The notes below the pieces were generated by a model. The model was given only the letters and a program-made list of their open reading frames with translations. It searched no databases and was not told the origin of the DNA. A program made the translations under genes and the position numbers. 64,000 bases of DNA from Amphiscolops sp. MND2022 (taxonomy: Eukaryota), in contig OZ076409.1 in assembly GCA_964187785.1 (NCBI GenBank), positions 2,854,001 to 2,918,000 of the forward strand, written 5' to 3'. Below are positions 1 to 10,345 of the stretch, one piece after another (the first letter of the stretch is position 1; each line of letters opens with the position of its first letter).

Positions 1-769
1 CTTTGTAATTGTCGGCGCCGCCTTAACTATCCATCAACACCTAAGTTAACACTTCTAACTTAAGAGCGCGGTCTCGAGTGTTTATTAACACTCATCAGAT
101 ACTTGAGGATTTCAAGTGGGTGAAGATATGACGATCAGCCACGCCGTCCACCATCAATATGCTCAGCCAATAAGAAAGCAGCAAAATTTCTCCCAAGCTA
201 ACATGGCTTCTCAAGGTCGCGAACCCGTATAAGGAAATGATATAAAATGACCTTGAAAATAATATAAAATAAAATAAAGCAAGATAAAATCATGAAATAA
301 TTTTGTAAAATACCAAAGTTTTCGAAATAAATAAAGGAAATGTAGATATCGCTGGCAGACTCTATCCACATAATGCCGTAAAATGTAAATAACTGTAAAT
401 TTGACACCAAACTGTATAGCCACGAACTCCAATCTTGACATCTTGTCACATTGCTGATTCGCCTTTTCAATTCTTTTACATTCAATTGCAGTCGTATTAC
501 TCTTTCTTCTTCGTATTTAATCACCAACATATTTATCCACTTTGTATTTAGTCACTTGTTAGTCTTTTAGTCGTGTTTATTTTATACATCTCTCCATTTC
601 TCCATCCCACTTTCATCTTGGGACTCAGCGTCCACACGTCCCCATCCTCGTGAGATTTCTCGGCTTGGTCCATCCAAACGACATCCAGTCCTTATTTTGT
701 ATTTCCCTCTCATCAACTCCAGCTTGTTGCCTTGAAGGAAGGAGTCTCAGACGTGGTTCATTGAGATTC

Positions 770-3700
770 ATGGCAGACTCAATCGACAATCCCTCCAGTG
801 GTCAAAATCAAACAGGTCAGTAGACTTTAGGCTTCTTTTCGATTTGTTGAAAATGAACTAATTTGAGGTTTGATCAGGACTCTCGTTTCGTTCACGTACT
901 TCCTGTCCAATAACTCAAGCATTCACTTGTGTTCAGATTTATCTACTTCCGGAAGATTTTAATGCGGTAAATGGATTCGTATTCAGGAAGAATTCCGCTA
1001 AATTTTATTTCCTTTTATTTAGGAATAACAACCGAAACCCAGGGCACGTCAGGCGTCCCGTCCGTGGATGACCGCCCAGGAGAGTCGGATCAAACAGTGC
1101 CAGGTAGTGTTACTACTACCAGTGAACCTCGTCCTCCTTCCAATTTCTCTGGCTCTAGTGTAGCCACTGAAGAGAGCCTCTCAACTTACGCCGAAAGGAC
1201 GATGAAGGCCATAATTGCTCGAGACCAACCTGGGTCTTCCGGAATCTCTGCTCTGCTTTCCTCACTAAACGAGCAGACTGAAGATACCTCTGGAGGAAAA
1301 GGTATTGAGCAGGGTCGGCCTGGCACTAGTTCACAAAAAGATGCTAAAGAAACGCATTGCACCAGTGTGGAGAAGGCCGTCTCCGGACAGATAGAAGAAG
1401 ATGATGCGAGCATAGTCAGCACTCCAGTCGTCGGTCGCTCAATCGATCCCGCACTGTACTACACTGACACAAGCGGCCCTGAGGACTTGATGGACAGCTC
1501 CGGCGTTGGTGGACCTGTCACTCCCCAATTTAAAAACATCCCAACCCTTGTCAAAGTTCCTAGACAGAGAGGAGAGTCAACTAGCGGGGATGAATCCTCC
1601 AATGGGCTTCCAGGGCCGAGTAACCAGCAGTCGAAGGCACCACGACAATTTTCTGCCAGTGGGAGGACTTTATTACGAAAACATTTCGTAGAGAAGGACC
1701 CAATTGTGATCCCCCGGAACCAGCCCGTTATTGCCCTTACTGAGAGCCAGATCCACACAGTCATGAAAACTATCTCGGACGAGACCATTTTATCTTCCTT
1801 CCACCTTATGAAATCTCTCCTCTTACAGGCCACGTCAGGGAAGGTTTTGACCAAGGAGAAGTGTAGGCACGTGGGTGGACATACTCCTGGGGGCAGACGA
1901 AGTCCCAGTAGCTCAGGAGATGAAACGACCGACGTTGATTCGCCCAATGAAGGATACACCAGTGGTGCTTTCAACACCGATGATGAGCCCGGTAGTTTAT
2001 CTTTCTGTTTGGAGAAAGAGACTGAAAGATGTGAGTCTCCTACTGCAACTTCTGCACAACCCTGCACCATTACAGAAAATTCAGCTGCAAGGCGAGATAC
2101 ATCCATGAGTCCTGGTAGTAACTACAGCATAGGGGATTATGCCCCACTATCCAGCCTCGTCCCGAAGCCTGGTAAGGCCATGCTGCAAAAGAGTCCCCCT
2201 CGTAAACGTAGAAAGTACATGGGAAAACCGGGTAAAAGTATGAAAGAAGCCTACTTTAAAGGCATCCTTTGGACAAAGACATTCGTTACTGGCCCTCTTG
2301 ATCCTGCACACAATCAGTACAAATTCTACTGTAGAATTTGCAAGAGTAATGTTTCAATTCGCTCTAAGGGTGCAAAGGAAATCGTACGCCATTACCAAAC
2401 TGAGTCCCACCTAAGGAAAGACCAGAATTGGAGATACACACATCTCAAGAAGGTTGACGCGATCACAGGCATCACGACTCATCAGGTTCGAGGGAAAAAT
2501 GGAGCCATCCTTACACCATTGGAACTCGAGAAGGAAAAACCGTTTTTTGAGAATGCTCCTCTTGTGGATCTTGGTGGAGAGTTCCCCTTTTATGAAGAGT
2601 ACTTAGCACGTATGGAGGGACGACGGACCACTAGCGACTCACGGGACGCTACGCAGATTGTCTTGATTGGGACAATGGTTCCAGTAAGCGGAGATCTCGC
2701 GTTACTCCAGACTCTGTGGACACAGATTGGAATTCACATGGACCATCAGGAAGCCTTTTTGCCGTTAGACTGGGGTTCAGCTAAGCTAACCGTAAGTTGT
2801 TTTCATGTCTTGAGATGTAGGGAGAGGCCTTTTCCAAAAATCATCTTTTCCTTCCGTTTAGGCGATTTTCCATCATATCTTCATTTGTGGAATCGAGGAC
2901 ATCTCACAACAGATTGTGACTAGCGACATGTATTCCTTGGAGTTTGAGACCATGGGGCGTTTGCGAGTGATGTCAGTCCGTTTCTGGAAAGGAGATACCC
3001 TGGTACGGGTTCAAATGCACCAGTGTCCACTCGCCCAGGGAATGCCTGGAAGTTACTTTTCTGGAGCTTCACGACTACTATCGATTGCGTCTTCCAAGCC
3101 AAAGTTGGTCAGCGTGTCTGGATGCCCTGCCCCCGTTGTTCAGTCATTTGATGACTGTGAGGACTTTCTTTACGGCGTCCAATACCCTTTTCGGTTTGAC
3201 GTTTTTTCCTTGCCGACCATCATGCACCAAACTGATGCTAATGTATTCGGGACTGTGGACATCTTCTCACAACTGAAATTCTTGGTTGTGTCTCTTAGCG
3301 GGGTCCTTGTACATTCCTGGACAACTGAGGCTCCAGAGCTCACCAAGGTCAGTCCTCCTTGTCACGGTTCTAGCACTTCAAAGGAAATTCTAAAAGGCAT
3401 AATAATCTGTGTTATAGGCAATCGAAGCTTGTACCTTTGAGATATCCCAGATCCCCGCCATCTGTTCGGAGTTGATTCTCAACTGGGGGTCTGTGTTGGA
3501 CTATCTTACTAGGAACGCTCCATCAAATGCCATGCAGGGGGTAAAGGACGCGGTTAGTATAAGCATTCCTTTCCTCCGTGATACCAGTCAACATATAGTC
3601 TTTGAAGCCCTGGATTGGAGAAATTTAAATTCAGAGACTAACAACGACTTGTTCTATTTTAGCCACAAAGTCTCGAGTGGACAATCCTTTCGGACGAACT

Positions 3701-5059
3701 GTACCCTGCCAGGCTGGAATTCTTCGGCCGACTGGTCCGGGATTGTAAGTAGCGTTAATAGTCTCTAGCCTGGTCACTTGATTTATTTGATGTAATTACG
3801 CAGTTCGTCTCTATTGTATTGGTCTGATGGTTTGACTGTCTTAGAGTCCACTTCTAGATCATTTCTGACAGGCTAGATTTCAAGGCAGCTTCCTCTGTTT
3901 AGATAACAAGTGCTTCAGTCGGAGCATGATGAAACACAGGGACTCGGGCTTTTTCACCTTCGGAGAGTTGTGTCGTTACCTGCGGAAACTGTGCAGTCGA
4001 GCCATCCTGCCGAAGCATACCCCGGCCGATAATGACTGGTCAGGCTTGTTGCAACTTTCTTTGGATGATTGCCGAGAACTGTCCTGCCGTGATTTCCTCT
4101 CTCGCCTCAAACTGAAGTTCGATTTAGAAGCGGCCTCCGAAGCTAAAGCTAAGAAGGAGAACAGTGGGAAGAAGAACTTGACTGCCATCCTTGGCGGACT
4201 TACAGAGGCTGTGAGGGACACGTTCGCCACTCAAGCACGCAGTTACATCGTGTTCGTAATTGATTCCCTTCTCAAGGACATTCGGTTGACAGCTGGTATC
4301 GTTCGCGGTCTGGGCAGTTTCGACCTTACTGTACTACAAACACAGCCAATGGAGCAGGCTTTATTTTGTTTCCGGGCTTTATTCCATAGTTTCCAAATTC
4401 GAGGATGGGTCCAGGAGAATGAGGAAAGCGAGTACCGGGAGGAATATGTTGAACTCCTCGATCATTTACGGCATTCCTGTGGGCCTCTCAGGACTCCCGA
4501 GTCCGTCCCTGACATGGTCGACCTTTTAATTTCAATGCCAGCCTTACGTAGCAGGCCTCGTCTACTGCATTTGTTCAGACTCAGCTGTTTATGCCTGACT
4601 GAGATTAGCCCTGATCTGCCTCCAATCCGTTTTCAGGGAGTTGATTCCTCTGACCCTAACTGCCGGTTGGCCAATATACTTCGACCCGCACAGTCTTATT
4701 TGGCTGTAGTACCCAATTCCGTGACTTCCTGCGTGACTGAGGCAGCCCTCAGTAAATTTCATGATCTCGAGATGCGATTTGATTCTGGAAATGTTCCTGG
4801 GGACCCATGGGCTCATGTGGACGCTTTCGGTCAAAGCAAGTACTATAGGGCCTTGTTAACTGCCTTCAAGACACAAGGTAACGAAGTTGGTGTAAGCAGA
4901 GTTATCCGGAGTCGCTCTTCTTCTGTCGTCAACGAAGGCTTCGATTCGACTTTCCGGTCTCCTGGGAAATCCGTTAAGCTGGCTCGTGATGGAGTTATTC
5001 CCACCACAGAAGTTGCCAAGACTGTGAAAGAGTTGCAGGGAAGATCCGCTAAGCCTTAA
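770..5059 (+). CDS. Antisense 6-exon accessory gene of element A (~1224 aa): S/T-rich N-terminus, C2H2/BED-like Zn finger, degenerate hAT-transposase-like body. Exons 770-815, 1023-2791, 2862-3347, 3418-3552, 3663-3744, 3903-5059
   Basis: Five GT..AG introns (donors GTCAGT, GTAAGT, GTCAGT, GTTAGT, GTAAGT) join ORF-track pieces 971, 2916 and 3926 and part of 3472 into one 3675-nt frame. Zn finger FYCRICKSNVSIRSKGAKEIVRHYQTESH. Homologous to the minus-strand gene in element C. Confidence 0.85.
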
Positions 5060-5205
5060 ATGTACATAGAGTACATTTGTTATTCTAGACTTTTCATTTG
5101 TAAATTTCCAATTCTGTTTTTTGTTTCAGTATTTATATATTTAATTTCTTTTGAGTCAAAGAAGTCAGAGTAGTCCTAGTAAAAAGCATGCCATCTCAGG
5201 CAAAA

Positions 5206-5211
5206 AATAAA
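5206..5211 (+). terminator. Candidate poly(A) signal of the antisense gene
   Basis: AATAAA ~150 nt after the stop at 5059, just before the convergent pol stop at 5237. Confidence 0.5.
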
Positions 5212-5236
5212 TAGGGACATAATTTAACATTTCTGA

Positions 5237-8200
5237 CTAGTATCTGTATTCATCAGTGAAGTTGGGGGTGGGGTTAGGTCGAAGATTATATTTCCCTCCT
5301 CTAGGGCTAGAAGTTTCTTCATCATTTCCATTTTCCGATATTCCGGGCACGGTAATATCTACGCCTCCTTTTGAAGCAATTTCCGTATTTTCTAAATCAT
5401 TTGTGACGTCATTTTCATTTTGCGTCCTACTAGGCGATTCGCTCGGAAGGGACGACGCGTCACGGCTGCTGGCCGATCGTGGCCTTACTTCATTCTCGTT
5501 GACGTCATCATCATTCATTCTCTCACTGCTGCGTTCACTTTCGTTTACGCTGCTGCTTTCATTCTCGGTGACGTAATAGTCGATTTCTCCGTTCGCGGCG
5601 TCCTGTGGTAGACGCGTGGCCGTGTGTGGCCAATCATCTGTCTTCGGCTCGAATAGCTCGTACTCAAAGTCTGCCTCCCATGAGATGGTATACAAATCAT
5701 CTTGCGGTATTACTATTTCTTCGTCGGGCTGTAATTTCTTCTCTTCGTATTTGTCCTCTAATGGGGCATTTGGAACAAATTTTTTGAGCCTGATCCGGTG
5801 CAAGATTTGCGTTTTATTCGTATTTAAACGACGCACTATATAATTGTTATTTGGTAGAGTTTTTTGAACGACAAAAGGACCAATCCATCGGAAGTCCCTG
5901 AATGGTATTTTAGATCCTTGGCTATCCGCCTTCGGTTGGAGAACAAAACAGTAGTCTTTCTCCTGTAGCGGAGCCGCTTTGGCCTTGCGGTCGTAGTACT
6001 CTTTGTACTTTAAATACGACTGCATAATATTCTTTTTGGTTTGATCAATGAGGATCTGCGTCCTCTGCTGCAATTCTTCCGCGAATTCAGTCGTCGGTAG
6101 GAAATTTTTGTTAGGATTATTTCCTAATTTGTGATCCAAGACGTTGTAGGGAATTCGTCCATGAAAGACTTTGCTAGGCTCACAACCAATACTAGCGTGA
6201 TAAGTAGTGTTATAGTTAAGCACAGCTAGTGGTAAATATTTGTGCCATTGACGACGGTATTCTCCTGAGGCCATCTTTAGGTTGGTTTTTAAAGAGGCAT
6301 GTGTCCTTTCAAGTTTACCAATAGTTTGCGGATGTTTAGTAGTGGCACACTTCAATGTGATCCCCAGTATTGCAGTAATTTCTTCTAAAATTTTTGATGT
6401 AAATGCGGATCCCTTGTCCGTGATGAGTGTTGTTGGCAAATACGAATGTTTCGTCATGATGTCAATTATCACCTTGGCTACGTTGGTGGCTGTTGCCTCA
6501 ATTAGCGGGTAGGCGAATAAATATCTTGAAAATACATCTATTGCCGTCATCACCGTTTGGTATCCGCCGCTAGTTGGTAAATTTGGCAATAAATCAATTT
6601 GCATGGCATCTTCTGGGCCTAGGTCCCATTCAGGTAAATTCAGTAATTCTGGGGTGATTACTGTGTTGGGGACCCTTTTGTCCTTGGCACATATTTCACA
6701 GCCTTCTACCCATTTTTTGACGTGTTTTGCAATTCCGGGGTAGTAATATTTTTGGCGAATTTCCTGTAGCATCTTGGAAATGCCCGGATGTCTATGTGCC
6801 GTGCCATGTATTGCTTGTAATAATTCGTTGAGCAAATGCTTTGGCAATAAGATTTGATGATATTTGACCTGTCCGGTTTCATCGTAGTACTGCCGCGTCA
6901 CTATCTCGTCTTTGAGGACTATTCGGTCGATGTTGTTCAAGTAATACTTGTACCGAATATCCTGTTGGAGGATTTCTTCAGAGTATTCTTCGTTTTGAAG
7001 TTTTGCCCTCAATTGGAGGAGAGTCGGGTCTTTGGATTGTTCAAGTAGTATCTGATTTGTTCTTCTTAATTTCTGTGTGAAATTAGTGATCTTTTCGACA
7101 GCATTTTCTGATATAGCGTCAATTTGGATTGCTGTCTCAGGGACTATGAGTCCCTTTTTGGATTGTTTTTTCCGTTCCCAAATCTGTTCTTCTGTTTCGT
7201 TGTCCTCTTCAGTGAAGAAAATTTGCTCTTCCTCTGATACGCCGGCTGATTGGACGTTGACCTCGATCGGTCTAGTTTCTACGTCTTCTCTTATCTTCAG
7301 GACCAATTTTTCAGTAGGGTCCATTTCCATTCGGGACAAGTAGTCTGCCGCTGTATTGTTTTTGCCTGGAATGTGAGCTATAATGAAGTTGAATTGAATG
7401 ACAAAATCACAAGCATTCCAGAGAGGCGGTGGAATTATCTTTGTCTGGAAGAACCTTGTGACCGATTTGTTATCTGTGAGGATAATCACGGGTTGAGGTG
7501 TTCCCCAGAAGATATGTCCGAACTCCTTAAATGCATAATATATAGCTAGGAATTCCTTTGCATATATCGACATTTTGAGTTGAGAAGGCGTGAAAGTTTT
7601 GGATCCATATGCAATCGGCGCATAGGACTTTTTAACAGAAGTGTATTTTTGATTTGGGTCATCTTCGGTCAATATGGCGTAACCGGCTGCTGTAAAACTC
7701 GCGTCGGTCATAAGGACCAGTTGTTTGTTCGGCAGAGGTTGTTTCAACGCCAATTGACTACATCGGTCTAAATCGCAGTTGATCTCATTAAATTGTTCAA
7801 CTAGCTCTTGCGTAACTAGTACTTTTTCATCCTTTTTGAGCAATTGGAAGAAGGGAACTAGTTTTTCGGATAGCCTTGGAATATAATTCCTGTAGTAATT
7901 GAGGAAACCAAGGTAGCGTTGTAAGGCCTTCTTGGACTTTGGGAATTTCGTCTTTTCCAAGAAGTTAATGATTCTTTCTTTTTGGGGTTTTACGCCTTCA
8001 GGTGTAATAGTTCTCCCAAGAAAGTCAATTTCAGTAGCGCCGAAATGGCACTTGTGCATGGACAATTTCAATCCTGCTTCTCTGATACATTGGAACGTTG
8101 CTCTTAAGTTGACGATAAGCTGGTTGGCGTCTGTCGCCGCAACACCAATATCGTCCACATATTGAGCACATTGGTCTGCTTTTATAACACGATCCAAGTA

Positions 8201-10345
8201 TTCCCTCATGAAACTGGAGAAGGCCGACAGGGCTCTACTGAGTCCTTGGGCTAATCTTCTATATGCAAATGTCCTGCTGGCAAAGTTAAAAGCTAGCATT
8301 TCAATCGATTTCTGGTCCGCCATGGGTAGGCAGTGGTAGGCCTGGGAACAGTCGAGTTTGCAGAAGAGCTTTTTGCCTGCCATATGTTGCGCCGCATCCG
8401 TTAGGGTACTGACTGGGTGATTGTTGTTGATATAATCGTCTGAGATGAGATTATTTATTTTCCTCAAATCAACCAACAGTCTCAATTTCCCATTGGGCTT
8501 TTTCTGCGCGAAGATGGGACTGGCATACTTTGAGAATGGTAATGTCGTTATAATACCATATTTATGAAGTAACGCCAGTTCGACCAATATGTCCTCTTTG
8601 AGGTTGACTGGGGTGGGTAGGCTCTGACTGTAAGCAGGTGATTCGTCTTTTGGGGTCAGTTTGACCGTAAATTCCTCATTGATTCCAATGTCAAATCTAT
8701 GACGAGCAAAGATATCATGGAATTCCACTAATAGAGTTTCTATTTGTCTGATTTCATGTTGTTGTAACATTGAGTCCTTCCAATCAAAATTGCTGAGGAA
8801 TTTTTGACGAGATTCCGCATCGTCGTGCGGGTTGAGTTGTTCTAAACTTTGCAGGTTTCGTAATTCTTTAAGAATTCTTTGTTGTATTGGGGTATGAGTC
8901 GTTTCGTCCCCTGGGTTTTCAGGCGTCGGGAACCAATATTGTTCGTATTGGTCATTATTTCTGTTAGCTTTAAGAAGGCTACTTATATAATAAATAGCGT
9001 CGTCTTCATTTTCATTCAGTAAGTGCCAGGTGGACACTGGGTCTATTGGCCTGACGTGTTTCATCTGTTCAGGGGTCATCACTGAGAAGTTTGCAATGTG
9101 CATCCCTTTCTTTATTTTATAGGGTTGATCAGTGAAATTGTTAACGTGTATTCTCATAGCCCCTTCGTGTAGTGTGACTATGGCGGCGCAGAAGGTTATG
9201 TCGCCTTCTTCGTGCAGAAGATCGCTGGGTTGCAATATGCCCGTAACTGCATTTTCTGCGTAAATTTGTGATTGAATAGGTATGACCACATGGTCATTGG
9301 GCGGAATTGTGACATCCTCAGGATTGAGGATGGGTTCCAAAACATTTGAGTATTTATGGTCAGCCGTCTTGAGTTGCATCGAAAAATAGGGGAAGTTGAG
9401 TATACCTTGGCGCATATCCAGGACAGTGTGGTTCCTTTGAAGGAACATTAGTCCAATTATGGGGCTTGACAGTTTTTCCATTACAATGAAAATTTCGTGA
9501 AATTCTATGTCGCCCACTTCGAATTTTAGTTCGACTGTGCTCTTTGGGGTTTCTAAGTCTCCATTTGCGACCATTATTTGGAAAGGTGGGGCAGGACCTT
9601 CTTTTACAATGGATTGAGGGGCCAATAGGCGTATTTTCCTGAGGTCTGCCTCCGGGATTGCACTGGAGTGAGCTCCAGTGTCTATCAGGCCGTCTAGAGT
9701 TAATTCCCCAAAGTCCATTGGGAAATAGAGCATTCGTCGTTTGAATTTAAGTCCAAGGTTTGTTGAAAGGGGAACGTATGGTAATTCTCCTTCTTTTGTC
9801 ACTAGGAGGTGTAAGAAAGCTGTCTCGTCTAAAAGACTATTAGGAGCCTTGTGGTCCTCCTGTGTGTGTATGGCGTCTACTTCTTGTATAGTTGCCTCAA
9901 AGTTCGGCTGCCAAAGATCAATGAGGGCCCGAGACAGTGTGTTATCTTCAATGTCTGGGTCGTCCTCGTCGTCAGTTGGGGGGTAATCTTCATTTCGAAA
10001 TTGTAAATTGGTTTTGTCATATAGTTCTTCGTCCCAGTATGGGTCTTTGCCATACTCGGGGTCATAGTATTGAGGGTTATAATCTTCGACAGTTTTTAAA
10101 GGGCGAAAGTGAGTTTCCAAGTCGTTGCGGTTACTGTTCCGTCGATATAAGTATGGATGATCACTGTGGATGATATATTGAGTTTCTCTGCGGGCGTCGG
10201 CCATCTGCTGCTGCCAGACAGTCGATGGCATCCCTGTGGTGTCGTTTTGAGTTTGTTTATATGTAATGTTTGCAGGGTCAGATATGACGTACTGTCGTAC
10301 TGACATCGTGTTACATATTTGGAGTCGTGGCGAAATTAGTTTTTT
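5237..10345 (-). CDS. pol: Element A pol (protease, RT, RNase H, integrase), expressed by -1 frameshift from gag
   Basis: LIDTGAHSS protease; QYVDDIG RT; LMTDAS...TDNKS...ADYLSR RNase H; HGTAHRHPG...CEIC plus QIDLL/TDKGS/LERTH integrase; WIGPF. Frame is open back to the slippery site (KKLISPRLQICNTMSVRQ). Confidence 0.96.
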   Translation of the reverse strand, partial: KKLISPRLQICNTMSVRQYVISDPANITYKQTQNDTTGMPSTVWQQQMADARRETQYIIHSDHPYLYRRNSNRNDLETHFRPLKTVEDYNPQYYDPEYGKDPYWDEELYDKTNLQFRNEDYPPTDDEDDPDIEDNTLSRALIDLWQPNFEATIQEVDAIHTQEDHKAPNSLLDETAFLHLLVTKEGELPYVPLSTNLGLKFKRRMLYFPMDFGELTLDGLIDTGAHSSAIPEADLRKIRLLAPQSIVKEGPAPPFQIMVANGDLETPKSTVELKFEVGDIEFHEIFIVMEKLSSPIIGLMFLQRNHTVLDMRQGILNFPYFSMQLKTADHKYSNVLEPILNPEDVTIPPNDHVVIPIQSQIYAENAVTGILQPSDLLHEEGDITFCAAIVTLHEGAMRIHVNNFTDQPYKIKKGMHIANFSVMTPEQMKHVRPIDPVSTWHLLNENEDDAIYYISSLLKANRNNDQYEQYWFPTPENPGDETTHTPIQQRILKELRNLQSLEQLNPHDDAESRQKFLSNFDWKDSMLQQHEIRQIETLLVEFHDIFARHRFDIGINEEFTVKLTPKDESPAYSQSLPTPVNLKEDILVELALLHKYGIITTLPFSKYASPIFAQKKPNGKLRLLVDLRKINNLISDDYINNNHPVSTLTDAAQHMAGKKLFCKLDCSQAYHCLPMADQKSIEMLAFNFASRTFAYRRLAQGLSRALSAFSSFMREYLDRVIKADQCAQYVDDIGVAATDANQLIVNLRATFQCIREAGLKLSMHKCHFGATEIDFLGRTITPEGVKPQKERIINFLEKTKFPKSKKALQRYLGFLNYYRNYIPRLSEKLVPFFQLLKKDEKVLVTQELVEQFNEINCDLDRCSQLALKQPLPNKQLVLMTDASFTAAGYAILTEDDPNQKYTSVKKSYAPIAYGSKTFTPSQLKMSIYAKEFLAIYYAFKEFGHIFWGTPQPVIILTDNKSVTRFFQTKIIPPPLWNACDFVIQFNFIIAHIPGKNNTAADYLSRMEMDPTEKLVLKIREDVETRPIEVNVQSAGVSEEEQIFFTEEDNETEEQIWERKKQSKKGLIVPETAIQIDAISENAVEKITNFTQKLRRTNQILLEQSKDPTLLQLRAKLQNEEYSEEILQQDIRYKYYLNNIDRIVLKDEIVTRQYYDETGQVKYHQILLPKHLLNELLQAIHGTAHRHPGISKMLQEIRQKYYYPGIAKHVKKWVEGCEICAKDKRVPNTVITPELLNLPEWDLGPEDAMQIDLLPNLPTSGGYQTVMTAIDVFSRYLFAYPLIEATATNVAKVIIDIMTKHSYLPTTLITDKGSAFTSKILEEITAILGITLKCATTKHPQTIGKLERTHASLKTNLKMASGEYRRQWHKYLPLAVLNYNTTYHASIGCEPSKVFHGRIPYNVLDHKLGNNPNKNFLPTTEFAEELQQRTQILIDQTKKNIMQSYLKYKEYYDRKAKAAPLQEKDYCFVLQPKADSQGSKIPFRDFRWIGPFVVQKTLPNNNYIVRRLNTNKTQILHRIRLKKFVPNAPLEDKYEEKKLQPDEEIVIPQDDLYTISWEADFEYELFEPKTDDWPHTATRLPQDAANGEIDYYVTENESSSVNESERSSERMNDDDVNENEVRPRSASSRDASSLPSESPSRTQNENDVTNDLENTEIASKGGVDITVPGISENGNDEETSSPRGGKYNLRPNPTPNFTDEYRY

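Noticed and set aside
198..530. 110-aa hydrophobic minus-strand ORF in element A
   Set aside because: Non-ATG start and F/I/Y bias expected from AT-rich sequence; no homologue seen in element C.
971..2923. 650-aa ORF as a standalone gene (also ORFs 2916, 3472, 3926)
   Set aside because: Ends run into introns; they are exons of one spliced gene.
770..5059. Nested autonomous hAT transposon or host gene
   Set aside because: No TIRs or 8-bp TSD seen, catalytic residues appear absent, and the homologue occupies the same site inside TSD-bounded element C.
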